From a virus: a stretch of DNA of 64,000 nt. The position numbers were made by a program, and so were the translations under genes. How positions within the stretch are numbered: position 1 is the first letter of the stretch; the number at the start of each line of letters is the position of its first letter. The stretch lies in IMG/VR virus record IMGVR_UViG_3300021356_000002; one strand, 5' to 3'. Below are positions 29,168 to 38,549 of the stretch, piece by piece. The notes under the pieces were generated by a model that saw nothing but the letters and a program-made list of their open reading frames with translations, ran no database searches and had not been told where the DNA came from.

Positions 29168-29881
29168 TTAGCTCCTAAGTTCTTCAATCTGTTTTGACAA
29201 CTCTTGAATAGCAGTAATCAAAATAGGTACCAATTTATGATAGTTAATTTTTTGATAGTTAGGCTTGCCATCATTGTGTACAGCATCTTTTTCGCCAAGC
29301 ACAACATAAGGAACAACCTCTTGTACTTCGTGTGCGATTAACGAATCGAAAATGCCTTCTTCTAAAGCCCCTATCTCTTTGACATATTCTGTTTGGTAGA
29401 CTTTTAATTGATTGACAAGACTCAGGGCATCTTCTGTTTCACCATGCACAATTTTTGCACGATGATCAGATACAGCGCCATCTACGTAATCTTTAACAGC
29501 CGCAGATGTAGGAATAGATGTGTCATCATCATTTGAAGCAATACCATCAGCTTCGTCTACAAGTTTCGTAATAATAATATTTTCAACAGCATCTTTTAGC
29601 GTGTCAAAAGTGATCGTGCCATTAACGGTAAGGTCCGCACCCATAGTAGTTGAGCCGTTGATAGCCGCGTCTACGTTTACATCGAGGGAGTTGCACGTGA
29701 GCGTTTGAATGAACGCGCCATTCTCTCCAGAATCTCTTACGTTCGTAGAGTTCCGAAGAAAATTTTCCCTACTAATCTTTTTAGTAGTGGTCGTGCTAAA
29801 GTCATTGATGACGATGTAATCGTTATCTTCAGCAGTAATTAACTCGCGAAGACTCGATATTTTTACGCCTGCAATTGCCAT
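29168..29881 (-). CDS. fibre protein with C-terminal intramolecular chaperone (peptidase S74-like)
   Basis: SDHRAK cleavage-site-like motif, LIAHEVQEVVP..V.GEKD, INYHKLVPILITAIQEL coiled coil. Confidence 0.8.
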   Translation of the reverse strand: MAIAGVKISSLRELITAEDNDYIVINDFSTTTTKKISRENFLRNSTNVRDSGENGAFIQTLTCNSLDVNVDAAINGSTTMGADLTVNGTITFDTLKDAVENIIITKLVDEADGIASNDDDTSIPTSAAVKDYVDGAVSDHRAKIVHGETEDALSLVNQLKVYQTEYVKEIGALEEGIFDSLIAHEVQEVVPYVVLGEKDAVHNDGKPNYQKINYHKLVPILITAIQELSKQIEELRS

Positions 29882-29910
29882 TTTAAATCCTCAATTAAAA
29901 ATCTTTCTCT

Positions 29911-29918
29911 TATTTATA
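29911..29918 (-). promoter_or_regulatory. T4 late promoter TATAAATA
   Basis: Exact match in the intergenic gap. Confidence 0.8.
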
Positions 29919-29922
29919 TGGG

Positions 29923-30663
29923 TTATGCGCCAGTACCGCCATTCAATGTTCTAACAACAAGTGCCAATCTATCTAAGGCACTATCTACCGTTGTTGGCGG
30001 TGAAACACTCCAGAGGGCAGCACTGTCAGTAGAATAAGCGTTCAAATTTATTTTCAAATGATCAATTGCACTGTCAACGAATACAGGTACGTTATCCCAG
30101 ATAGTATCTAAAGCTCTTTGATCATAATATGCCTGCTGTGCCTTGGCAGCAAAATCTGTAACTATCGCTGAGGCGGCTCGGGCTGAACTGTCAGAGCGTA
30201 AGGCAAAAGTTGCGTTACCAACACTATCTAACGTTAAGTAATCCGCTCTGAGTGCAAAAGCGGCTGTTGTGGCGCTGTCGGCAGTTTCAGCCCGTTGAGC
30301 ATAATTAGCGAAAGTTGCGTTTGTCGCACTGTCAGCACTGTTTGCCCTTAGAGCAAGGATTGCATTCGTTGCATTTGTTGCACTGTCAGCGGCGTCAGCA
30401 GTTAATGCATTAGCGGCAACTGCAACACTATCAGCCACAAACGCTCTATTTGCTACAACTGCAAATCTAGCGTCAAGTGCGCTATCAGCAAAGGTAGCTT
30501 GAATGGCAAGTGTCGCATTTGCAACGCTATCGACTGCTGATAACAGGTCACTGATCAGAATTTTTTTCGTTTCTGAAAGGCTGGCATCAACGATTGCAAT
30601 AAAATCATCGCTATCAGGAGGACCGACTAATTGTGCCAGTTGCGATATTTTTACGGTTGCCAT
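29923..30663 (-). CDS. fibre-like virion protein with ADSA repeats
   Basis: Shared N-terminal module; ADSATNAT repeats. Confidence 0.7.
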   Translation of the reverse strand: MATVKISQLAQLVGPPDSDDFIAIVDASLSETKKILISDLLSAVDSVANATLAIQATFADSALDARFAVVANRAFVADSVAVAANALTADAADSATNATNAILALRANSADSATNATFANYAQRAETADSATTAAFALRADYLTLDSVGNATFALRSDSSARAASAIVTDFAAKAQQAYYDQRALDTIWDNVPVFVDSAIDHLKINLNAYSTDSAALWSVSPPTTVDSALDRLALVVRTLNGGTGA

Positions 30664-30675
30664 TTCTATTCCTCG

Positions 30676-32058
30676 TTATTGTTCTAGTTCTATGATGTCA
30701 TCAGACGCTTGTTCGATTGTTAAGAGTTCGCCCGTCTCGGCTGCCATAATGTTGGCTGTTGAAATTACTGTAATAGAGACGATGCCTACTTCCGACTTAC
30801 CGCCAGCGGGCGTTGCTCTATAAACAAAACTGTCTACGCCATCAAAGCCTGCATCTGGTATATATTTAAATTCTCCAGTATTTGCGTTAGTTACTGATAA
30901 AGAACCATGATTTGGATATCCGCCAGCGGCAATAGAATATGTCACACCGCCAGTCGTTTCGAATTGATCAGTTGTTCCCACAAAGATATCAAGAAACTGT
31001 TCGCCCAGACCAACGTTAAGCAATTCAGATTGGTCGAATGTGTCGCGTTCAGTCGGACTCACAACAACGGTAACTGTACGCTCTACGCTACCACCACCAG
31101 TGATGTTAGCACGAATTGTAAATGTATCAGTGCCGTGCCAATCAGCGTTCGGTGTATAAGACCACGAACCGTTCGCAGTAATGCGCCCAGTTGTAGTCGT
31201 TGTATTTGATGTCAACGATGCTGTTGCTGTACCATTTTGTGGATCTGAAGATACTTCTATTGAAGTGATTTCTCTTGGTGCAAATCGAATCTTAAAGTTA
31301 TTGTTAGTTATCGTGCCACCGTCTTCTGCAATTTTTCCGTTCAAACCTTCTGTCGTAAACGAATCGAGAACAACAGAAGATAGAATATCGGTCGTACCAA
31401 GTTCGTAAAAATCCACCTGCGCTTGCGTAATGACAGAGCTGGAAGAAGAAACGTTTTTAAAAAGGCTCAACTTCATTTCAAAGTCAAGTGTGTAGATGAT
31501 TGTTCTACGCGCCTCTAGAGGTCCATCGTAATCGTCTTGGAATGTGATTCCAGTCAGCGTGATTGGCGTATCTTCTTTTGTGTCGAAGTCGGAAAGAGGC
31601 TTTACTGTAACAGTATACTGCGGTGTAAAGTAAGGCAATATTTGTTCTACAATTTGCAACGCATCATCTTGTGACTTAGCATATACATTCAACTGAAAGC
31701 CAATTGAGTACGGTACTGGTGTGTAAATTTCTTGTGCACTTCCCGAAAAATTATCAGGAAACGTTACGCACTTATTCATCTTAGGCAACTGTCGAGTCGG
31801 ATCATAATTCATCGACAGAATCTCAAAAGACATTCTAGGCAGTTTGATTGCGATCTGACGCTCGGCTTCTTCGCCATTGTTCATTGCGTCGATTCTGGCT
31901 ATAAAGTCTCTCTTAGGTGCATAAGACAAAGGCACCTTGACTTGACTGATAATGTCACCAGCGGCATTTGTTCTGAGAACATTTAAGTTATTAAAGAGTG
32001 AGCCAAACACAGCCACGGCTTTGCGAATTCTTTGATGATAGAAGTACGTGCCGAACAT
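30676..32058 (-). CDS. gp15: tail sheath stabiliser/completion protein with C-terminal Ig/cadherin-like extension
   Basis: MFGTYFYHQRIRK..FGSLFN, VPLSYAPK, LPRMSFE, QIVEQILPYFTP; then two YTPNADWHGTDTF-type domains. Confidence 0.92.
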   Translation of the reverse strand: MFGTYFYHQRIRKAVAVFGSLFNNLNVLRTNAAGDIISQVKVPLSYAPKRDFIARIDAMNNGEEAERQIAIKLPRMSFEILSMNYDPTRQLPKMNKCVTFPDNFSGSAQEIYTPVPYSIGFQLNVYAKSQDDALQIVEQILPYFTPQYTVTVKPLSDFDTKEDTPITLTGITFQDDYDGPLEARRTIIYTLDFEMKLSLFKNVSSSSSVITQAQVDFYELGTTDILSSVVLDSFTTEGLNGKIAEDGGTITNNNFKIRFAPREITSIEVSSDPQNGTATASLTSNTTTTTGRITANGSWSYTPNADWHGTDTFTIRANITGGGSVERTVTVVVSPTERDTFDQSELLNVGLGEQFLDIFVGTTDQFETTGGVTYSIAAGGYPNHGSLSVTNANTGEFKYIPDAGFDGVDSFVYRATPAGGKSEVGIVSITVISTANIMAAETGELLTIEQASDDIIELEQ

Positions 32059-32945
32059 TATACAGGATCTCCAAACGGATTGGATTCAGAGAAATCGAGT
32101 AATCCCGTTGCTTCAGTGTCGAAGTCTACATTCTGCGCACCTTCTTCTAGCACTTCTTGATTGACTACAGTTGGTTTTCCACCAATACCATCTTCGTTTT
32201 CAATGCGATAGTCTGCACTGAATGTGTGATATACACCATCATCTGCGCCTGCGTGAGCAATATAGACTTTATACGACGAAGGAATCGAGGCATCGATCTT
32301 TACAACATCACCTGTAATAGTAAAGCCATTTGGATTTGTCTGTGTCAGCGTGTCGCCCACTTCAAATTTACCTGTCATGGTTGCAAGATCAAATGTGACC
32401 AGTCTCTGGAATGCTTGCTGTTCGATGTCATCGAGATCAAGACCCGTATCGAAATCTTCATCATTGTATTCGAAGAGTTCTGCACGAATTCTAAAGACAG
32501 GCAAATCTTTTAACTGATAGAATGGATTCTCAGTCTCTACCTTTGTGATCTCAAAGAAAGAATCTGACAGTGTGAGATAGATCAGATCGCCCTCTCGTGG
32601 ACGATACATGGGCTTGTCATCAGTATTTTCGTAAAATTGTACTTGACTTTTCCACCGACGCCGTGCTACAATAAACGTTGCGGCATCACGAATCTCTACA
32701 CCAAACTTCGTAAACAAGTCGCCCTCACCGTCGAACCCTTCGACGTTTTCAATGTACATTTCTAATCGATAGGCATTATCAAAGCGCGAGGTCGAATCGT
32801 CGCCAAAGACTGTATCTCTTTTGACTATCTCGCGAGGCAGGTAGTAAACATCTTGACCATAAATTTTAAGAGACTCGATGATTAAATCTTCATAGAGAAT
32901 CTGTTCCGATGTCGCACCTTGTCTGAAATACCTATTCGTCGCCAT
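32058..32945 (-). CDS. gp14: neck protein
   Basis: ESLKIYGQDVYYLPR, FTKFGVEIRD, RPREGDLIY, DFSESNPFG. Confidence 0.95.
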   Translation of the reverse strand: MATNRYFRQGATSEQILYEDLIIESLKIYGQDVYYLPREIVKRDTVFGDDSTSRFDNAYRLEMYIENVEGFDGEGDLFTKFGVEIRDAATFIVARRRWKSQVQFYENTDDKPMYRPREGDLIYLTLSDSFFEITKVETENPFYQLKDLPVFRIRAELFEYNDEDFDTGLDLDDIEQQAFQRLVTFDLATMTGKFEVGDTLTQTNPNGFTITGDVVKIDASIPSSYKVYIAHAGADDGVYHTFSADYRIENEDGIGGKPTVVNQEVLEEGAQNVDFDTEATGLLDFSESNPFGDPV

Positions 32946-32946
32946 C

Positions 32947-33702
32947 TTACCCTACAAAGAAATCGACCGGAAGTTCTTGTTCGTTTCTCAGTTTCTCTTC
33001 AAGTCGTTCAATGTCGGCAGTCGCGTCTTCGTAGATTTGACGACCGTTCATCGTAACTCCACCAGGCAATTGCATGCCTTCGAATTTACTGAGATTGGCA
33101 CCCCATTGTTGTTTGATCAAAGCGGTCGTATAGTCTTTGATAAACATGTCATTGTAGATGCTCGTGTGCGTTTCAGGATCAATCGTCTGAAAAATTTCAG
33201 CAATCAGAAAATCACCTTCTTGCAAATCTTCGTCTTCAAAATCGCCGAAGATGTACAGACGATTCTGTCTCCGCGAGAACGTTACTTGAGGATGACCATG
33301 CAACTGCATATCGATCATACTTAAGTACTGTTCCATTTGATACAGATAGGCTAAGTCACCAGCAAAGTTGATGAAGTCGCCCATATTGTTTAAAAACATT
33401 TGGTAGCGAATATCGAAAAGATTGCCTGAGGTGCTGAATGTAGTTGAGATCGGAAATACTTTCGAAACAAAAATAATGTCAGACGAAATAGGAATGTACT
33501 TGTTCGTCACATCGTCCGCAGTAATCTCGTGTTTCAGATAAGTTCGAATCGTGGCATCACTGTGAAACTCTTGATATTTTTGAATTGCATCATCTACCTT
33601 ATCTTCGATCTGGTCAACGTCCACATTGATTTCAAGCACAGGCTCTCCGAGTCTGCGCAAGCAAAAATCAATCAGGTCGTTGCGTGTTGTAGGTGATGCC
33701 AT
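32947..33702 (-). CDS. gp13: neck protein
   Basis: CLRRLGEPVLEINV, IKQQWGANLSKFEGMQLPGGVTMNG. Confidence 0.96.
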   Translation of the reverse strand: MASPTTRNDLIDFCLRRLGEPVLEINVDVDQIEDKVDDAIQKYQEFHSDATIRTYLKHEITADDVTNKYIPISSDIIFVSKVFPISTTFSTSGNLFDIRYQMFLNNMGDFINFAGDLAYLYQMEQYLSMIDMQLHGHPQVTFSRRQNRLYIFGDFEDEDLQEGDFLIAEIFQTIDPETHTSIYNDMFIKDYTTALIKQQWGANLSKFEGMQLPGGVTMNGRQIYEDATADIERLEEKLRNEQELPVDFFVG

Positions 33703-33714
33703 TGATTTCTCCTA

Positions 33715-34941
33715 TTAGCCCCAAAGCACAAGTCCAGCAGAATCATAGATTACTAGTCTGAAGCCTTGTTCGTCTCGGAGTGCACCTTGGAATTGCAAGT
33801 CACCTCCAATAGATGCACTGTCAACTGTCGTGAGTTTCTGAACGGTAATTGGCTGATCAGTAGAGTCACCACGTCTTGTTACAGTTTGCAGTGTATCTGT
33901 TTCTGAGTCAAGAAGAGAAAGACCGCCTAAGTTTCTAAAACGTACCTGATCAGAATCGTTCAGAACCAAGAATCGAGTAACGCCTTCTTGCGAATCAAGT
34001 TGGTTCAGTTCAAGACGACCAACACTAATTCTGTCTAGACCAGGATTGTATGTGAATTGAATATCGGTATTGATACTGTCGATGCCGATATAATCACGTA
34101 CGAATAATGGATGATATTCGTTACTGTCATTGACATTGACAACTTGCACTTGCTTCGACGCTAATGCACCTTCTGCACTATCACCCGAAGGATCGCCTGC
34201 AACTACTTCGCCTGTAATTTCGTCAAGATAAAGAACTAAAGTTGTCTGTCTGTTTTCAACGTTCTTAAGAATCAACGTGTTGTTGATCTCAACGGTAGAG
34301 TCAAAGATGGTTGCTTTGTTTAGATTCCACGTATCGCTGGCGGCTTTGTAGTAAATTTGTGCGTTTGCACCAGCAACTGTAATACCTGCACTGTCTGCGG
34401 CTGCCGCACTTAGGGCACTGTCAGCCAGTACAATGTTCTTGTCGTTAATAGACAGTTCTGTTGAGTTAATCGTGGTAGTTGTGCCGTTGACCTGAAGATC
34501 ACCACCGACAATTAATCGACCAGAAATGAAAGCACTGTCAGCAATGACTCTGCCAACATCGATTGCGTTTGTTGTAGTATTACCACGAGCCGTAACTGTA
34601 TCGAGTGTGTCTTCTTCAAAAAAGGCTTCAGACAATTTTTTAACAGCAACACTATCAAGTGTGCCGTCGAAAGGATCGCCTTTGACGAATAGAGCATATA
34701 GCGAAGCAGAATCAGCAGAATCAAGCGAGCCGGGTTTGAAAGCAAGACCGCCCAGCGCAAGTTCGTCGGTCAGTACTCTAGTACCGTCGACCAAAGAAGT
34801 GACTACGGCGCCATCGGAGTCAGGGCGCCCAAAATTTGCTTCCGCTTGATCTAGCGTGATATAAAGAAAGCGATCAGAATCTAACTGACTCGGGTCTCTT
34901 ACCTTTACACGTCCGCTAACGTGTTCTATTCGTTTAGCCAT
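33715..34941 (-). CDS. virion structural/fibre protein, DS-rich
   Basis: DTLDTVTARGNTT and GDLQVNGTTTTINST..I.DKNI.LA fibre motifs. Confidence 0.7.
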   Translation of the reverse strand: MAKRIEHVSGRVKVRDPSQLDSDRFLYITLDQAEANFGRPDSDGAVVTSLVDGTRVLTDELALGGLAFKPGSLDSADSASLYALFVKGDPFDGTLDSVAVKKLSEAFFEEDTLDTVTARGNTTTNAIDVGRVIADSAFISGRLIVGGDLQVNGTTTTINSTELSINDKNIVLADSALSAAAADSAGITVAGANAQIYYKAASDTWNLNKATIFDSTVEINNTLILKNVENRQTTLVLYLDEITGEVVAGDPSGDSAEGALASKQVQVVNVNDSNEYHPLFVRDYIGIDSINTDIQFTYNPGLDRISVGRLELNQLDSQEGVTRFLVLNDSDQVRFRNLGGLSLLDSETDTLQTVTRRGDSTDQPITVQKLTTVDSASIGGDLQFQGALRDEQGFRLVIYDSAGLVLWG

Positions 34942-35302
34942 TTAGAGATTCCAGATAACTTAATACTAGTTTGAGTTTGCCGCTTGAGCCAGTAGAGCCC
35001 GAGCATCTAACTCTATTTGTTTCTTCTACGATCAATTTACCAGTAATTACACCAACAGCGTCTTTTGGCAGAACAGGAAGATCCTTCACAAGTTCTGTGT
35101 TCAAAACTTCGTCACGATCATAGTGAGTGAACGTTACGGTGTGTTCAGCAGAATCGAGATTCGCGATCTGCGCCATAAGCACAATCGCTGTAATCCCCTG
35201 CGGAACAACGTAGATGACATCGCTATCCCCGGTAAATCCACCAGGAGGTTCCTCTGGAACTACCGCAGTTGTCGTTTTAAATGTATTTAGTGGGATAGCC
35301 AT
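34934..35302 (-). CDS. small virion structural protein
   Basis: LNTFKT...Y.VP...AIVLMAQIAN...LSYLES pattern; overlaps the downstream gene. Confidence 0.65.
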   Translation of the reverse strand: MAIPLNTFKTTTAVVPEEPPGGFTGDSDVIYVVPQGITAIVLMAQIANLDSAEHTVTFTHYDRDEVLNTELVKDLPVLPKDAVGVITGKLIVEETNRVRCSGSTGSSGKLKLVLSYLESLNG

Positions 35303-35305
35303 TTA

Positions 35306-38300
35306 TCAACCCTCTAGTGCTAGAATGTATGGTGTTAAGATTGCGTACAACGATCTTTCGAACGTCTCGCCCTCGATTCGACCAGCCTGTCTACGAATCG
35401 TCAATTCGGAGCCGATTCTAAAGTCACCAAGTTGATCGGTACTTGTGAATACAACCAAGCCTTCGTTCGTTTCTGAATCGAAGATAACTTCTTTTGTTGC
35501 ATCAGGAATACCACCATTCTGAGGAATGGCAGTAAATGTGTTTGTGCCTGAACCCACATATTCGAACGTGTGGGACGATGACGTAATCACAGAACGTTGT
35601 CTAAACGCGACTCTCTGATTGCGTATCATGTCTTGGTTCAATGGTGGTTCAAACGTAAGATTGTATACACCAGGAGCAACTGAATCGACACCAAGAACCG
35701 TATAAAAATAGTTCTCAGAATCGAACTTCATTGCATCGCCATAGTTTGGCTTTCTATATGATCCGTATACGTTGAGCCAGTCTGAAGAGTCGAGGTTGGT
35801 AACCTCATTAACTTGAATTACATCATCAAACTTCAGATGATCAGAATCGAGTATGCCGTCATAAAGAATCGGACTACTACCAGATGCAACTAGACCTCTA
35901 TCACCGAAACTTGAGTTAGAGTTTGTGATCGAACATTGACCACCAGTTTCGGCTAAGATAGATGTTCCTGTCGAAATCGTAAAGATCGATACTAGCTGTG
36001 CGTAACCACGATTCAGTAGATACGTTCCAATACCAGCCGCGTTGTACTGAGTAAATGCGTCAGATACCATCGAACGCAGACCCCACGCTTTTGAACCATC
36101 GATCTTCATACCAACACCGTCTGTGGTGATAGAAGTACAGTTCTGCACGTAAGGTGACTGAATGATGAACGGACCTGCTCTTGCAGAATCAACATTTGGG
36201 TTAAACGCAACGCAAGCCGCACCACTTTGATGATCTTTAAACGTAATGTCTTTTAAGAAACAACCGCTCTTGACATAGAACAGATCGGAGTCTACGCTTC
36301 TAGGTCGAATCGTGGTCGTTCTTAAGTTATCACCAACGATAGCGACTTTCTCAGGCAACTGAATTGGATTGTTGATTACGTAATCGCCCGACTTCAGATA
36401 TACTACGATATCATTAGTAGCATTACCTCTTTGAACCGATTGCTCAATGATAAGAGGACGTTCGTCATTGATTGCTTTAATTGCCGTTCTAAGTTCAGCA
36501 CTTACGCCTCTAGCCGCTAAACTAGGCTCTTGAACTGAATCAAGCGCATCTAAGTCGCCGTCTTGAATAATAGTGATTAGATTGTCTAATAGATCGTTGG
36601 TAACCTGTGCTTCTGTTGCAGTCGAGTATTGACCACCATTACCAGTAGTGTCAGGACCAGGGAATGCACCAGGATAAGTTCCACCTGAGTACAGATTTGT
36701 AGACAGGCTGTTAGAAAGCAACTCGTCTACGATCTGCTTCAAGTGCTGATAGGTCGTAGCAGTAGCCACAACCTCTGGATCACCTGCACTGTCACCCAAC
36801 TGATTCGTACCAAACGAGTAGTATGCACGTTTGACGATATCAGTAGCAAAGTTACCACCGTATAGTACGTCAAACGTCAGACCATCGACGATAAAGCCAA
36901 CGTCTCTCTTACATCTTACTCGGTCATAAGTTGCAGGACCATTTTGATCAGACCATGCAATCGTGCCCGCTTTCAAATCGGCAGAATCAGCCAAGATCAA
37001 ATTGTAAGATGCAGTCGTTGTTCCGCTAATGCCTGTGAAATCTGGATAGACCAAATCTCTTAATACATTATCGTTATTCGCTTCTAATACTTCATTAATG
37101 ATTTCAATGAGGTCGTCAACACGTGCTTGCTCAGTTGAAGTTGTTACATACGTGTTTACGATATTTTTGAGTTCGTCGTATGCCGCAATCGTAGGCAATC
37201 TCTCTGAGTCACTACCCAACTGATTTACTGCGTTTGAGTAATAAGCATCTGCACTTCTACGCGACTGGTAGTTACCACCGTACAGTACATCGTGCGTTAG
37301 ACCATCTAGAATATAGTCAACGTCTCGCTCACACTTAGTAGTATCATACGTAAGATCGGGATATACACTGTCAAGGAACGCAATCGTAGAGGCGATAATC
37401 GCAGTTTTGTTTGATTGAATTGCTGTGGCAGCCGCTTGCTGATTTGCCGAAGATGCTGGTGCCGCAGGGAATGTAAGTGTGTCTCTGTTCTCAAGACCAT
37501 TTGCAAGAATATCATTGATCTCTGCAATACTAGCATTAATACTTACACGTGAATTCGAATCGATAGCCAGTTCACCGATCAATCGACCTAGTTCGTTGAT
37601 TGCGCCAACGGTACCATCTAACTGCTGTCCGATTACTTTCTGTGTTGATACTGTTGCTCTGTAATAAGAAGAACCCGCAACAACACTGTTAACGTTTGTG
37701 CCGAGCATCAAATCAAGAGTCACAGCATCAATGATAAAACCTGTGTCACGTGAACACAACGTACGATCATACGTTAATGCTGGGAAGTTTTCTGCAATGT
37801 ATTGTACAAGTTCAGCCTTCAAATATTCTCTGTTGTTCTGAAGAATGACTGCGGCATCATCTGCGTCTGTTGTAGGCAAGACAACTGGCACTGGATACTC
37901 AACCGAGTCAGCAAAATTTTCTGTACTCTGAGTGCCGTTGACGAAAATGTCAACAACTTCCGACCAGTGTCTATTATTTCTTTCTACTGCACCGTCATAA
38001 CCAGTGCTGAGTTTTACTTCAGGAATAGAGAAGATGGCGCCTTTCGCTTCGTTGAAGGCACCTCTCGTTGCAGAAATCTGTTCATCAAGAACTTTGTTGG
38101 CTCCCGCTCTTTGATACGAAAGACCAGATGTCACTGCGTTATAGTTTGTTCCGAAAGCAATATCGAACTGCAAGCCATCTAAGATCAGATTTAAGTCGCG
38201 TTCACAAGTTGCTTCGTCAAATTCGAATTCTTGGATATCAGTAATAACACTGACGGCTGAATCGATAGTTTGAAATGCATCGCCAAGGGAAGTACCCAAG

Positions 38301-38512
38301 TTGCCAGGCTTTCCTCCCTTAGACACATAAAAGACTCTTGGCGTAGGATCGTCACCAACTTGAACGATGTCAACAACGCCATCTCGATCTTGCTTGATGA
38401 ACATCTTACCATCATGCGTGTTGATGGCAATTTCACCAAGATCAATATCGGCAATGCCCGGGCGCCTTAGCGGGACATCCGTCTTTTTATGGATAATTTT
38501 TGTTATTGCCAT
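35306..38512 (-). CDS. tailspike-like protein: N-terminal anchor, four CxRD helical repeats, pectin-lyase-like beta-helix
   Basis: GEIAINTHDGKMF anchor; VFYVSKGG...AFQTIDSA cap; YLKSGDY..NPI....IVGDNLR, SPYVQNCTS beta-helix. Confidence 0.75.
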   Translation of the reverse strand: MAITKIIHKKTDVPLRRPGIADIDLGEIAINTHDGKMFIKQDRDGVVDIVQVGDDPTPRVFYVSKGGKPGNLGTSLGDAFQTIDSAVSVITDIQEFEFDEATCERDLNLILDGLQFDIAFGTNYNAVTSGLSYQRAGANKVLDEQISATRGAFNEAKGAIFSIPEVKLSTGYDGAVERNNRHWSEVVDIFVNGTQSTENFADSVEYPVPVVLPTTDADDAAVILQNNREYLKAELVQYIAENFPALTYDRTLCSRDTGFIIDAVTLDLMLGTNVNSVVAGSSYYRATVSTQKVIGQQLDGTVGAINELGRLIGELAIDSNSRVSINASIAEINDILANGLENRDTLTFPAAPASSANQQAAATAIQSNKTAIIASTIAFLDSVYPDLTYDTTKCERDVDYILDGLTHDVLYGGNYQSRRSADAYYSNAVNQLGSDSERLPTIAAYDELKNIVNTYVTTSTEQARVDDLIEIINEVLEANNDNVLRDLVYPDFTGISGTTTASYNLILADSADLKAGTIAWSDQNGPATYDRVRCKRDVGFIVDGLTFDVLYGGNFATDIVKRAYYSFGTNQLGDSAGDPEVVATATTYQHLKQIVDELLSNSLSTNLYSGGTYPGAFPGPDTTGNGGQYSTATEAQVTNDLLDNLITIIQDGDLDALDSVQEPSLAARGVSAELRTAIKAINDERPLIIEQSVQRGNATNDIVVYLKSGDYVINNPIQLPEKVAIVGDNLRTTTIRPRSVDSDLFYVKSGCFLKDITFKDHQSGAACVAFNPNVDSARAGPFIIQSPYVQNCTSITTDGVGMKIDGSKAWGLRSMVSDAFTQYNAAGIGTYLLNRGYAQLVSIFTISTGTSILAETGGQCSITNSNSSFGDRGLVASGSSPILYDGILDSDHLKFDDVIQVNEVTNLDSSDWLNVYGSYRKPNYGDAMKFDSENYFYTVLGVDSVAPGVYNLTFEPPLNQDMIRNQRVAFRQRSVITSSSHTFEYVGSGTNTFTAIPQNGGIPDATKEVIFDSETNEGLVVFTSTDQLGDFRIGSELTIRRQAGRIEGETFERSLYAILTPYILALEG

Positions 38513-38541
38513 GTTAAGTCTCTATCCTATCCATATTGCTG

Positions 38542-38549
38542 TATTTATT
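38542..38549 (-). promoter_or_regulatory. late promoter variant AATAAATA
   Basis: tatttatt upstream of ORF 38512. Confidence 0.5.

Noticed and set aside
28380-30480. Recurrent DNA word gcactgtc as a protein-binding site
   Set aside because: Where checked it is in frame as Asp-Ser-Ala, and synonymous alternatives also occur, so it is explained at the protein level.
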